Both the position numbers and the translations under genes were made by a program. A DNA stretch of 64,000 bases from Chamaesiphon sp. (GTDB taxonomy: Bacteria > Cyanobacteriota > Cyanobacteriia > Cyanobacteriales > Chamaesiphonaceae): positions 92,316 to 156,315 of the forward strand of contig CBDFFH010000034.1 of NCBI GenBank assembly GCA_965246715.1, in the 5' to 3' direction. This document shows, one piece after another, positions 1 to 9,676 of the stretch. A model generated the notes under the pieces. It searched no databases. It was not told the origin of the DNA and was given only the letters and a program-made list of their open reading frames with translations. Within the stretch, counting starts at the first letter, position 1. Every line of letters begins with the position of its first letter.

Positions 1-82
1 ATCCAGATTTAGGCTTAGCCTCGATCGGTTTCCGGTTGAATGATTTCAATTGGGATGGCATTACTCCAAGGTTTTAGCTCAC

Positions 83-1420
83 ATGAATCCCCGCCAACTA
101 GCATTATTTGCACTTAACGATCTTGAGACTGGTAGCTTTACAGACGTGGTAGTCGATCGATTGCTAGGAAAATTTCAATTAACTGGGATCGATCGCAATT
201 TCTTTACTGAATTAGTGCATGGGATCGTGCGGCGCAAGCGCACGTTAGATGCCATTATCGATCGCTTAGCCAAACAACCTGCCGAGCGACAGCCACCCAA
301 TCTCAAGCAATTACTGCGTCTGGGATTATATCAGCTCAGATATCTCGATCGCGTTCCCGATTCGGCGGCGGTCAATACGACTGTCGATTTAGCGAAAGCT
401 AATGGTTTAGCTGGTTTAGCAGGCGTTGTAAATGGCATTTTACGTCAATATATCCGGCTCCAAGCCGAACGCCAAGAAGTATTAGATTTACCTCTAGATC
501 CGATCGGGAGATTGGGTACTTTATACAGCTTTCCCGACTGGCTGATCGAACATTGGCTGACAGAATTGGGCGAAATCGAAACCGAGCAATTGTGTCAGGC
601 ATTTAATACCGCCCCCAAAATCGATCTGCGGGTGAATGTGCTGAAGATCGATCGAGCCAACCTAATCGATATTTTTCAAACTGCTGGGATTGAAGTCGTG
701 CCGATTCCCAATCTACCGCAAGGATTACAATTTACCAGCAGCGTCGGAGCGATCGATCGATTGCCGGGATACCATGAAGGCTGGTGGACGATCCAAGATA
801 GTAGCGCCCAACTCGTCACTCATTTATTAAATCCGCAGCCAGGAGAAATTGTTATCGATGCCTGTGCCGCACCAGGGGGAAAAACGACCCACATTGCAGA
901 GTTGATGGGCGATACCGGGCAAATTTTTGCAGTAGATAAAACTGCGTCGCGGTTGAAAAAATTGCAACAAAATCTTAGCAGATTGCAGTTAAGTAACATA
1001 AAAATTTTAACTGGGGATAGCTGTGGTTTGGGTGAATTGACTGGCACAGCCGATCGCGTTTTATTAGATGCACCTTGTTCTGGATTGGGTACGCTCCATC
1101 GACGTGCCGATGCTAGATGGCAAAAGACACCCGCACAAATTCATGAATTAGCCAAGTTACAATCGCAGTTATTGGCAAATACGGCTACTTGGGTCAAACC
1201 TGGCGGTGTGCTAGTATATGCCACTTGTACGGTACATCCGATCGAAAACGAGCGCGTCATTACTCCATTTTTAGCAACCCATCCTGACTGGCAGATCGAG
1301 CTACTACCCAGTGATTCGCCTTGGGCCGATTTTGTCGGTGCTAATGGCGCGATCGAAATTTGGCCCCACCGCCAGCAGATGGATGGCTTTTTCACGATCG
1401 CGCTCCGCCGCCTTGGGTGA
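83..1420 (+). CDS. rsmB: 16S rRNA (cytosine967-C5)-methyltransferase (Sun/RsmB)
   Basis: NusB-like N-terminus; DACAAPGGKT, DAPCSGLG and YATCT motifs; ATG at 83 preferred to TTG at 50. Confidence 0.95.
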   Translation: MNPRQLALFALNDLETGSFTDVVVDRLLGKFQLTGIDRNFFTELVHGIVRRKRTLDAIIDRLAKQPAERQPPNLKQLLRLGLYQLRYLDRVPDSAAVNTTVDLAKANGLAGLAGVVNGILRQYIRLQAERQEVLDLPLDPIGRLGTLYSFPDWLIEHWLTELGEIETEQLCQAFNTAPKIDLRVNVLKIDRANLIDIFQTAGIEVVPIPNLPQGLQFTSSVGAIDRLPGYHEGWWTIQDSSAQLVTHLLNPQPGEIVIDACAAPGGKTTHIAELMGDTGQIFAVDKTASRLKKLQQNLSRLQLSNIKILTGDSCGLGELTGTADRVLLDAPCSGLGTLHRRADARWQKTPAQIHELAKLQSQLLANTATWVKPGGVLVYATCTVHPIENERVITPFLATHPDWQIELLPSDSPWADFVGANGAIEIWPHRQQMDGFFTIALRRLG

Positions 1421-1522
1421 TAAAATGTCCGAGCGGATCGAGCTGAGTGAGTTGTGTGTCGGTCACGAGCAAATTTCAGCCAATTGATAACTATTATTAT
1501 TAAGGATGTACTCGATCGAGAG

Positions 1523-1561
1523 AAAAAATCGGATGGCTGAAGATTAATTCAGCTATCCGAT
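1523..1561 (-). terminator. Rho-independent terminator
   Basis: 14-bp stem 1528-1541/1548-1561 (one imperfect pair) followed by a T-run on the minus strand. Confidence 0.7.
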
Positions 1562-1712
1562 CTGCCGATCCTTAATTTGTTAGAGAGGAGAACACTAAAT
1601 CGATGACTAGAAGCTAGAACTATCTTTACACCGCCGGCACCGCACGAGCGTACGTCTGAAGCTACTCGGTCGATCGCGGATTGACTGCTTGATGTCAGCG
1701 AACTTAAGCGAT
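1523..1712 (-). ncRNA. candidate small RNA (~190 nt)
   Basis: Lies between a TTGACA-N17-TATAGT promoter and a hairpin+U6 terminator; no ATG in the predicted transcript. Confidence 0.55.
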
Positions 1713-1718
1713 GTAAAT

Positions 1719-1747
1719 ACTATACCTGTATTGAGAATTACTGTCAA
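1719..1747 (-). promoter_or_regulatory. sigma70-type promoter
   Basis: Minus strand TTGACA (1747-1742), 17-nt spacer, TATAGT (1724-1719). Confidence 0.7.
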
Positions 1748-1809
1748 TACAATTTGAGAGATTATGGCCATAATTTCTCAAATTGTAGCAATTTAGCCGA
1801 TCGGATCGA

Positions 1810-2424
1810 CTACCACAGTTGCCACCATGACTTGCCACCGCACCAAGAAACACCAGCGGTAAATTGCCGACCACTTGCAGTGGTGCCTGTATAAGCCCAA
1901 TAAACGCCAGAATTGCTGTGATTATTGGGATCTGTAACCGATCGACCGGGTTCGAGCCAACCATTGCGATCTAGATCGTACCACTCTTGAAATTGCTGAG
2001 CGCTGAAAAAGCCGCCAGTAATTGAGTGCAAAACTAAGACATTACCTTTGCGGATATATGCGCCAAATCGATCGATCCGGATCTTCTCAGTCGATCGATT
2101 GGTAATAGTTGTGGAATAGTAGGGTTTGTGGCGGTGTTTACGCTCGCTGTAATGCGCGATCTCCAGTAGACTATTCCCGATCTTTAACGCTGACAAATCG
2201 ATGGTTGCAAAAATCAGATCGATATTTTTGTCAAATTTAGGCTGCTGTTCGACAGCAACTTCGATAGTTTGTGGCTCGACTTCGATGATTTGGGACGCGG
2301 TACTTGCTGAACTGCGCCAAAGCTGCATTTTCTCCAGATCGATCGTGCCGAGCATCCCCGGTTTATCGGTGGTCAGTCGATCGTCGAGGTTTGACTTGCG
2401 TTCTGTTTGCAGTTGCTCGTTCAT
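1810..2424 (-). CDS. hypothetical protein
   Basis: Long ORF; probable ATG at 2424 (MNEQLQ); globular-looking aromatic-rich C-terminal half. Confidence 0.7.
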   Translation of the reverse strand: MNEQLQTERKSNLDDRLTTDKPGMLGTIDLEKMQLWRSSASTASQIIEVEPQTIEVAVEQQPKFDKNIDLIFATIDLSALKIGNSLLEIAHYSERKHRHKPYYSTTITNRSTEKIRIDRFGAYIRKGNVLVLHSITGGFFSAQQFQEWYDLDRNGWLEPGRSVTDPNNHSNSGVYWAYTGTTASGRQFTAGVSWCGGKSWWQLW

Positions 2425-2625
2425 TAATTGACTACCTAATCTACCGATATTCTGGGTTGTAGATTTAACATACCCACAAAATATCGATCGATTGCAGCTA
2501 CCAGCAAGAAAGTCTTCACTCAGGAATGCGATCGAGGGAGCGCACATACCAGAGAACCGAAAAATGTCAATGATGCGACAATAAGTGATGTTTAGTTCGC
2601 GCCATCTCTGGGTACGCTAGAGCTA

Positions 2626-2850
2626 CTCACATCTTGGATCGAAACAAAGTTATTAGTGCTTTAGTGGTTCGTGGCTAGCGATGCGCGCTCCGTCTGTGCC
2701 TACGGCAGGCTTACGCCAACGACACGCCTCGCTTCGCTCGTCTACGGGTTCCCCGAGGGTTTAGCGATCGAGACAGTGGCTAGTTTTAGTAATCATGAGT
2801 ACGTTTTGTGGTGATTTCACCAATTTTTATGTACTAGTGCAAGATGTGAG
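2626..2850. mobile_element. possible MITE-like composite repeat
   Basis: 11-bp inverted ends CTCACATCTTG (2626-2636)/CAAGATGTGAG (2840-2850) enclosing GC-rich small repeats; similar end at 25566-25578. Confidence 0.4.
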
Positions 2851-3243
2851 GCAATCGATTAAGCAGATCGCTTTCTAGATAACACATATAGCTCGATCGA
2901 GTTATCGCCCATTTTGTATATATTGTCACAATTACTGTTGCGAGGTACACTTAAAGTTTACTCTTAGCTAGATAAAAATGATTTGCACTTAATAGTTACA
3001 CTCTATAATAAAGGTCATCTCAATCGACGATCTGAGTAAGCTAACTGTATCGTGATTATCAGTTTTGCATCCAGTATGCAGATTAAGCTAAGTTGCGAAT
3101 AGTGCGCCTAAGCTCTGACAATGCGGATCGAAATTATGGCGATCGATCTGGAGATAGAAGAGCTACCTTCGACAGTCACTCAGCTTGAGTCTGAGGATGT
3201 CAATGTAAATGTCCTAAAGTTAAATGTGAGGAGAATCGCCCGA

Positions 3244-4899
3244 ATGTCATCAATATTTTGGAAATCTGTATTTATTAGTCCTGTAGTTTTGGGCATGTCT
3301 GTCTTGCTATCCACAGGGGTAATGGCAGCACCAAAACACAACGGAACCGCTACCCCAGCAGTAACTGGTACAGCTAACGACTTAATTTTAAACAAAGCTA
3401 GTGGTGCTAATTCTGTCAAACTTGCTGCTGGTGAACCAGCTCCCGCAACGACGACTCCAGCGACCACCACACCAGAAGTCGCCGATATTATCAAGCCTAG
3501 CGATTGGCAATATACCGCCCTTCAAGGTATCGCTGCTAAATATGGTTGTAATCCTAATTTCAACAACCAGCCCGTTTCGCAAACCGAATTTGCGCGGGGT
3601 CTGAATACTTGTCTCAATAGAGTCGAAACAAGTATCGCACTGGAACAAAAGCCAAAATATCCTCCTTCCACGACTCCTCCAGCGCCTTCAGCTCCTTATA
3701 CCCCCTCCAACGCAGCTACCAAAGAAGACCTCGAAGTCCTCAAGCGGTTGACTCAAGAGTTTCGCGCTCAACTGACTGAAATCGACAGCAAGATCGTTGC
3801 CCAAGACAAAAAAGTCGCTCAACTGCAAAGCACTCAGTTTTCGACTACTACTAAGCTCAAAGGCGAAGCCGTCTTTAATATCAGTGGTGTTGCTAGTGGT
3901 GCAACTCGAAATAATACCATCGTTGGCGATCGCGTCCGGCTCTTATTTGAAAGTAGCTTCACTGGTAAAGATCGGCTCTGGACACGTCTGGCCACTGGGA
4001 ACTCAACTAGCCTCGGCAGTACTTTTACAGTTCCTAGCACCACTGGTGGACAAGTAATCGATACCAATGGTAACAATACCACCGGGATTGACTGGTTGGC
4101 CTATCAGTTCCCTGTCGGTAGTACCAACGTCTATGTAGCAGCCTTTAACGCTCTTCAGGTAGACTATGCGCCTTCCTTCGCACCAAATTTTGATGATTTC
4201 TCTGGTGCTAGTGGTGCAATCGGTGCTTTTTCTGAATCTAGCCCCATCTACAAAATCGGTGGTGGTAGCGGCGCTGGTGCGACTATTCCGATCGCGGATA
4301 CTGGCTTGGCATCTGTTTCGGTCGGTTACTTTGCCTTCAATGCTAACAGCCCTGTGACAGATCGCGGCTTGTTTGGTACGGATAATTCCATCCTCGGACA
4401 ACTCAACTTCAAGCTCTCTCCGCAGCTAGAAGGCGGTTTAACTTACATCAACAGCTCCCACTCCGGCACGATTTATAATGGCACAGGCGTAATCGTCGGT
4501 ACTCCATTGGCTAACTCCAGTGCTGGTCGGACTTCGGCTAACTCATACGGTTTAGAGCTGGCATACAAAGCTAGCGATAAACTCACCTTCAATGGATTTG
4601 CATTGAGAACCGATGCTAGTAAAGGTGGCGCGATCGGCAAACAGGAAATTTGGAGCTACGGTGGTGGCGTGGCATTCCCGGATATTGACGGGAAAGGTAG
4701 CCTTGCTGGTTTATTTGTAGGTGCCGAACCCTATGTTGGTGGTGCTGGTAATACACCGTTCCACTTGGAAGGTTTCTACAAATACAAACTCAGCGAAAAT
4801 CTCTCGATTACGCCTGGGTTGATCTTCCTGACTTCAACTGATGAACTCAACAAAAATAGTGCATTAATTGGCGTAATCAGAACTACCTTCCTGTTCTAA
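3244..4899 (+). CDS. cyanobacterial porin (OprB-type barrel with SLH-like and coiled-coil N-terminus)
   Basis: GAGGAG RBS before ATG 3244; signal peptide; QFSTTTKLKGEAVF motif; ITPG motif and terminal Phe. Confidence 0.9.
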   Translation: MSSIFWKSVFISPVVLGMSVLLSTGVMAAPKHNGTATPAVTGTANDLILNKASGANSVKLAAGEPAPATTTPATTTPEVADIIKPSDWQYTALQGIAAKYGCNPNFNNQPVSQTEFARGLNTCLNRVETSIALEQKPKYPPSTTPPAPSAPYTPSNAATKEDLEVLKRLTQEFRAQLTEIDSKIVAQDKKVAQLQSTQFSTTTKLKGEAVFNISGVASGATRNNTIVGDRVRLLFESSFTGKDRLWTRLATGNSTSLGSTFTVPSTTGGQVIDTNGNNTTGIDWLAYQFPVGSTNVYVAAFNALQVDYAPSFAPNFDDFSGASGAIGAFSESSPIYKIGGGSGAGATIPIADTGLASVSVGYFAFNANSPVTDRGLFGTDNSILGQLNFKLSPQLEGGLTYINSSHSGTIYNGTGVIVGTPLANSSAGRTSANSYGLELAYKASDKLTFNGFALRTDASKGGAIGKQEIWSYGGGVAFPDIDGKGSLAGLFVGAEPYVGGAGNTPFHLEGFYKYKLSENLSITPGLIFLTSTDELNKNSALIGVIRTTFLF

Positions 4900-4921
4900 T
4901 TATCGGCGATTCATGCGATCG

Positions 4922-4972
4922 AAAAGTTGCCAGATAGATGTGATTCATTACACTTTTCTGGCAACTTTTTTT
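4922..4972 (+). terminator. Rho-independent terminator (possibly bidirectional)
   Basis: AAAAGTTGCCAGA...TCTGGCAACTTTT plus T-run between convergent genes. Confidence 0.75.
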
Positions 4973-4979
4973 GTGCCAA

Positions 4980-5522
4980 CTATTCACTAACAACCAGATA
5001 TTTAGGTGGGATCGAGCAATATAATTGAGCCGTACCGATCGCCAGGCGATCGTCAGGAAATTTTAAACCGATAACTCCCCCTTTTTTTAAAATAATTTGA
5101 TGACAGATTTTACCAAAAATTAATAATTCAGCCCATTCACTCAAATTAGGCTCGTGTCCGACCACCGCTAGCGTATTTATCGGCCGATTGGTAGCTCGCG
5201 CTGCCCAAGCATCCAGCCAAGATTGGAGATTTCCAGCTGGTGCTAAATCTGCGGATATTTCTAGTTGAGTACTAAGCCGAGCATCCATCAAAATGTCCAC
5301 AGTTTGCCGCGCACGCACTAATGGACTAGTCATTATCAGATCGAATTTTAGGCCAGATTCGTGCAATCGATCGGCAACTTGTGCCATCTTTTTACGTCCT
5401 AGTTTAGTAAGCGGTCTGGATTCATCGGTGGCAATTGGGTCGGCGGTAGTCGGATCGATATCGTTGGCGAAGCCTCCCGGAACGGGAATCGCAATCGCAT
5501 GACGAATTAGATATAAGTACAT
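4980..5522 (-). CDS. sixA: phosphohistidine phosphatase SixA
   Basis: LYLIRHA, SPLVRARQT and VGHEP motifs. Confidence 0.9.
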   Translation of the reverse strand: MYLYLIRHAIAIPVPGGFANDIDPTTADPIATDESRPLTKLGRKKMAQVADRLHESGLKFDLIMTSPLVRARQTVDILMDARLSTQLEISADLAPAGNLQSWLDAWAARATNRPINTLAVVGHEPNLSEWAELLIFGKICHQIILKKGGVIGLKFPDDRLAIGTAQLYCSIPPKYLVVSE

Positions 5523-5675
5523 ATTTTTATTAAGTATTTGTAGCTAATGAGCGTTCGAGTGGATGATAAAAACTGGGTAGCTTGTTTACAATTTATGATG
5601 CTTTGATACATCCATCGATCGATGGGGAATGTTAGAAATGAATCATAAGTGCTTTAGATCTAGGGTGCAGTAGTT

Positions 5676-6374
5676 ATGTCAGAACCACATGTGGAAGATT
5701 TGGTTATCCACCGCAATCGGCAATTGCGGTGGGAAGCTTTTTTGCCCAAGCGCAAGGCTTGGCTCCAAACACTAATTTTATTGCCATTTGGCTTGCCAGT
5801 CGCACACTTCTTGGCGGCTAGTTGGCAGTTCTCCATTAATTCGATCTTCGAAGAGCGCCAATATTTGATTGGCATTCTATCGATGGTGTTTAATCTGTTA
5901 CTGCCCAGTTTATTTTTTGCCTTCGTATTTCATTGGGGCTGGTTCGTGTGGAGATCGACAGCAGCTCGCTGGTACCCCCAAGCTCAAGCATTCTGGGCAG
6001 GATGCTATGCTACATTGACGATCGCGATCGCATTTGGGGCGGTCGGACTATTTACCAGTAGTTTGGGTGTCTGTGGCAACCCCGCTTGGAATGAGATCGG
6101 ACAATCGCTACTGTGTAATTTAGACGGTTATGGGTTTGAATCCAAATCCTGGTTTGGGGTCTGGTTTATTATCGCGGCTTATTGCTATAAAGTGCGGGAC
6201 GTATTAGTTGCTAGAGCCAATTCTCTTCAACAAAAAATGTTCCGACAGCGTTACGCACAACCAACAGATCGACCCGATCTTCCTTCCATAGTTACCGGAG
6301 ATAGCGACTTAGATCCGCATGAAGATTTCAGAGCTACTACTGGTGAACCAATGACTGTCAAGCTGCAAGACTAG
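5676..6374 (+). CDS. hypothetical membrane protein
   Basis: ORF with ~4 hydrophobic segments. Confidence 0.75.
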   Translation: MSEPHVEDLVIHRNRQLRWEAFLPKRKAWLQTLILLPFGLPVAHFLAASWQFSINSIFEERQYLIGILSMVFNLLLPSLFFAFVFHWGWFVWRSTAARWYPQAQAFWAGCYATLTIAIAFGAVGLFTSSLGVCGNPAWNEIGQSLLCNLDGYGFESKSWFGVWFIIAAYCYKVRDVLVARANSLQQKMFRQRYAQPTDRPDLPSIVTGDSDLDPHEDFRATTGEPMTVKLQD

Positions 6375-6460
6375 ATCCGAACTTTTCATCTCAATGTTAG
6401 AATGTGACGAGATCGCGCCGATAGTAACAGCACGCCGTAAGGCGATCGCCATTAAGTACT

Positions 6461-7225
6461 TTGCTAAACCGAAATCATCAGCATCTTTTTAACCTTGGGA
6501 GTTTGTACCGCGTATCGATCGGTACAGCAATTGTTTTGTTGGGATGCTGGGGCTATGTTATCCCGAGCATCGCCAGCCCAAATCCAATCGCTCAAAATCC
6601 CGTTCCATCCGCACCACAACCGAATACCGATCGGATCGATCTCAGCCCGGAAATCATCAATGGTAGCCCCGTCCTTCAAAAATGGATGAAGGAAATACCT
6701 GATGTGCTCGATGATATCAACAGAGATCCCAGTTTTCGGACGCGGGTGAAAGTTGGTTATTCTCAATATCCCTCTGCGGGACAGACTGGTGGCTTTCATC
6801 TAGCTGTAGAAGACATGTTCTTTGGTCGCAGCGGACTCTCAGCCAGTGCTAATTATAATGCTAGTTTTGATGGTGTTCGCAGTGCTTATGGTGCCGACGC
6901 TCAATACTATCTGTTGCCATTAGGCGGCTATATCAATATCACACCACTGGTAGGGTTTCGCCATCTGCAAACCGACAAATACAATCGCGACGGTCTCAAT
7001 CTCGGCGTGAAATTGATGCTAGTTCCGTCACGGGGTGGCGGCGCAGATATTTCGCTGAGTCAAAGTTGGGTGGGCTTAGGTGGGAATACTGAGACGGGTT
7101 TGACGACATTCTCGGTTGGGTATGCTCTTACCAATCATCTCCGCATATCCACTGATATCCAACAGCAAAATGCTAAGGAAAATTATGATAGTCGGGTTGG
7201 CATCGGTGTTGAGTGGATGCCATAA
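6461..7225 (+). CDS. hypothetical exported protein, probable small outer-membrane beta-barrel
   Basis: Signal-like N-terminus, alternating beta-strand pattern, aromatic residue near the C-terminus; start uncertain. Confidence 0.7.
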   Translation: MLNRNHQHLFNLGSLYRVSIGTAIVLLGCWGYVIPSIASPNPIAQNPVPSAPQPNTDRIDLSPEIINGSPVLQKWMKEIPDVLDDINRDPSFRTRVKVGYSQYPSAGQTGGFHLAVEDMFFGRSGLSASANYNASFDGVRSAYGADAQYYLLPLGGYINITPLVGFRHLQTDKYNRDGLNLGVKLMLVPSRGGGADISLSQSWVGLGGNTETGLTTFSVGYALTNHLRISTDIQQQNAKENYDSRVGIGVEWMP

Positions 7226-7346
7226 AATTATGAATTATGAATCGCGGTCGAGCAGCTCGATCGCATATGTATATTTGGAGGGTGAGCACTGCTCACCCGC
7301 TATGCTTGAGCTGCGTAACCGTTGACATATCGCCGATCGTGTCTAT

Positions 7347-7700
7347 TTAATTGGGATGCTCGGTTAACTCTGATGGCAGGATAAATGAGCCATCTAGGGT
7401 AGCTTCGAGATCGGTAGCCTGAATTACGGCATCGATATTTAATTCGCCGTATATGTGGGGAAATAAATTATGGGGATCTGCACCTTCGTAGCGAATTTCT
7501 GCTGTAACCAGAGCGGGATCGATCGAGAGAATAACTAAATCTTTTTTATCTTTAAAAAAACGATTTGCCGAACCGAGAACTTGAGGTGCTGTCGAACAAT
7601 GAATAAATCCTTCGGTAGCTAGCGAATCGCTGCGATAAGTACCGATATTTTTGGCTGTTTTCCAGTGGTTTCTAGTGGTAATGTGGAACATAGAAGTCAT
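7347..7700 (-). CDS. DUF952 family protein
   Basis: SLATEGFIHCS and FPHIYG motifs. Confidence 0.9.
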   Translation of the reverse strand: MTSMFHITTRNHWKTAKNIGTYRSDSLATEGFIHCSTAPQVLGSANRFFKDKKDLVILSIDPALVTAEIRYEGADPHNLFPHIYGELNIDAVIQATDLEATLDGSFILPSELTEHPN

Positions 7701-7859
7701 AAATAATCTCTCAAAATAGCTTAATTATCGATCGATCTAACCGAAACAGATCGCTTGGGTATTCGTAGACAAATAGGATCTAAAATTTAGGTGTTCCTTA
7801 CTAAATTGCTGTCGTAAATCATCAACGATTGACAAAAACTGCTAGGATGTATCTACTCG

Positions 7860-7950
7860 AAGCCGAGCGATCGCCGAAGAAGATGGGGAAAGTTTGGTGT
7901 AAAACCAACGCTGTCCCGCAACTGTAATATAAGCCAGAATGCCCGTCATT
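7860..7950 (+). promoter_or_regulatory. cobalamin (B12) riboswitch
   Basis: GGGAA-agtttGGTGtAAAaCCaacGCTGtCCCGCAACTGTAA...AAGCCAGAATGCC core directly upstream of cbiM; 5' boundary approximate. Confidence 0.88.
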
Positions 7951-8005
7951 TCCAAGGTCTCGGTATGAGCGTCACTTCAAATAATGTCTATCTGCGAGGT
8001 ACGGA

Positions 8006-8776
8006 ATGACAAATACACACCGCTGGAATCGCACCATCAGCCTGGGGTTGATGGCAATATGTAGTTTTCATCAAATTATCGGTTCGACCCCACCCGCAGC
8101 CGCGATGCACATTGCTGAAGGGTATTTGCCAGTACAGTGGGCGATATTTTGGTGGGTAGTTGCATTGCCATTTTTTCTGCTAGGTTTGCGTTCCCTGACC
8201 CGGATTACTCGCCAAAATCCCGAACTCAAGTTATTGCTGGCTCTCTCTGGAGCCTTTACCTTCGTCCTCTCCGCCCTCAAAATCCCTTCAGTGACTGGAA
8301 GCTGTTCGCACCCTACTGGGACGGGCTTGGGGACGATTTTGTTTGGCCCGCTAGCGATGTCAGTCATGGGAGGACTGGTGTTATTATTTCAAGCCGTATT
8401 ACTCGCACATGGTGGGTTGACAACCTTGGGTGCGAATATGTTTTCGATGGCGATCGTCGGGCCGATGGTCGCTTATGTAGTGTACAAAGTAGTGCTCAAG
8501 ACCGGACATCAGAAATTAGCCGTTTTTCTCGCAGCAATGCTGGAAGATTTGCTAACTTATCTGACAACAGCAGTACAATTAGCCTTAGCTTTTCCAGCCG
8601 CTCAGGGTGGTTTTATTGCTTCGTTGATTAAGTTTGTGGGGATATTTGCAGTGACGCAAATTCCCTTAGCAGTTAGTGAAGGATTATTGACACTATTAGT
8701 CTGGAACTGGCTACAAGATTATGGTCAGCAGGAATTACAAACCCTCAATTTAATTCAACAAAAGAAGGAGGCATAG
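8006..8776 (+). CDS. cbiM: cobalt ECF transporter S component CbiM
   Basis: MHIAEGYLP motif after a leader; [19 protein letters not shown]. Confidence 0.95.
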   Translation: MTNTHRWNRTISLGLMAICSFHQIIGSTPPAAAMHIAEGYLPVQWAIFWWVVALPFFLLGLRSLTRITRQNPELKLLLALSGAFTFVLSALKIPSVTGSCSHPTGTGLGTILFGPLAMSVMGGLVLLFQAVLLAHGGLTTLGANMFSMAIVGPMVAYVVYKVVLKTGHQKLAVFLAAMLEDLLTYLTTAVQLALAFPAAQGGFIASLIKFVGIFAVTQIPLAVSEGLLTLLVWNWLQDYGQQELQTLNLIQQKKEA

Positions 8777-8827
8777 GCGAGCGAGAATCGAAAATAAGTG
8801 AGCTTATTGCCTGATATAAAAATATAA

Positions 8828-8917
8828 TATAGCGGTTCTCATTCTAGAAAAGGGCATTTTTAGTGGCTGGTGACTAGTGGCTAGTGAATGTACCTCATTC
8901 GATTGGGAACCGCCATA
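8828..8917. repeat. short inverted-repeat-bounded element (MITE-like, 90 bp)
   Basis: TATAGCGGTTCTCA (8828-8841)/TGGGAACCGCCATA (8904-8917), 12/14 match; internal TAGTGGC-like heptamers. Confidence 0.55.
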
Positions 8918-8974
8918 ATCAATTATCGATCTTTAAAGACGCGCTGTATTTAATATTTAATCTGAAAAGTTTTC

Positions 8975-9319
8975 ATGCAAAAATCTAATCGAAAGGCTAA
9001 CTTATTCATAGGATTAGGGGTTGTGGCACTAGCCGTAATTCCATTAATTTTCATCCATGGAGTTGAATTTAAGGGTGCTGACGATCGCAGTTCTGCGGGA
9101 ATTAAAGAGCTTCAACCTAACTATAAACCCTGGTTTAAATCTGTGTTCGAGCCGCAAGGTGCGGAAGTTGAAACCTTTTTATTCGCGGCTCAAGCAGCGA
9201 TCGGATCGGGAGTCACTTGTTATATTCTCGGTCTTTACAAAGGACGCACTGAGCGCAGGCAAGAACTCGATCGAGTGGAAAAATCTTCGCTCGATCGGGT
9301 GGATTCGCCGATCGAGTAA
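8975..9319 (+). CDS. cbiN: cobalt ECF transporter component CbiN
   Basis: FKGADD, YKPWF and EVETFLFAAQAAIG motifs; follows cbiM. Confidence 0.92.
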   Translation: MQKSNRKANLFIGLGVVALAVIPLIFIHGVEFKGADDRSSAGIKELQPNYKPWFKSVFEPQGAEVETFLFAAQAAIGSGVTCYILGLYKGRTERRQELDRVEKSSLDRVDSPIE

Positions 9320-9676
9320 ATCTCATTCGAGCAAAAATCTATTTCTCGAATGCGGCTTTCCCGATCTATTGGAGAAAATAGTATCGGTCAATACAAAAAT
9401 AATTGTCGATCGATCCCATTACCCATTATCCCTTTTAATAAATTGAACCGATTTGGCTTGCGCCAACGCTACGCGAACGTCATAAATGCTGGAGAGCTAA
9501 GTTAACATTCGCTCGAAAATTGCGAGCGAACGAATGTTTTTCCGAGTAAATTCGCGCTGTCTGGTTAACTATTGGGGTAAGATCTTTTGCATGTCACTTT
9601 ACTGACAAATTCAAAATATCGCTAATGATGCAGACTGGGCACGGGGCAAACAGATCGAACCGAGGTAAAACGCAAA

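Noticed and set aside
1607..1771. 54-aa minus-strand ORF (MAIISQIVLTVILN...)
   Set aside because: It runs through the consensus promoter and has no RBS; the region is better explained as promoter plus ncRNA, though a small protein is not excluded
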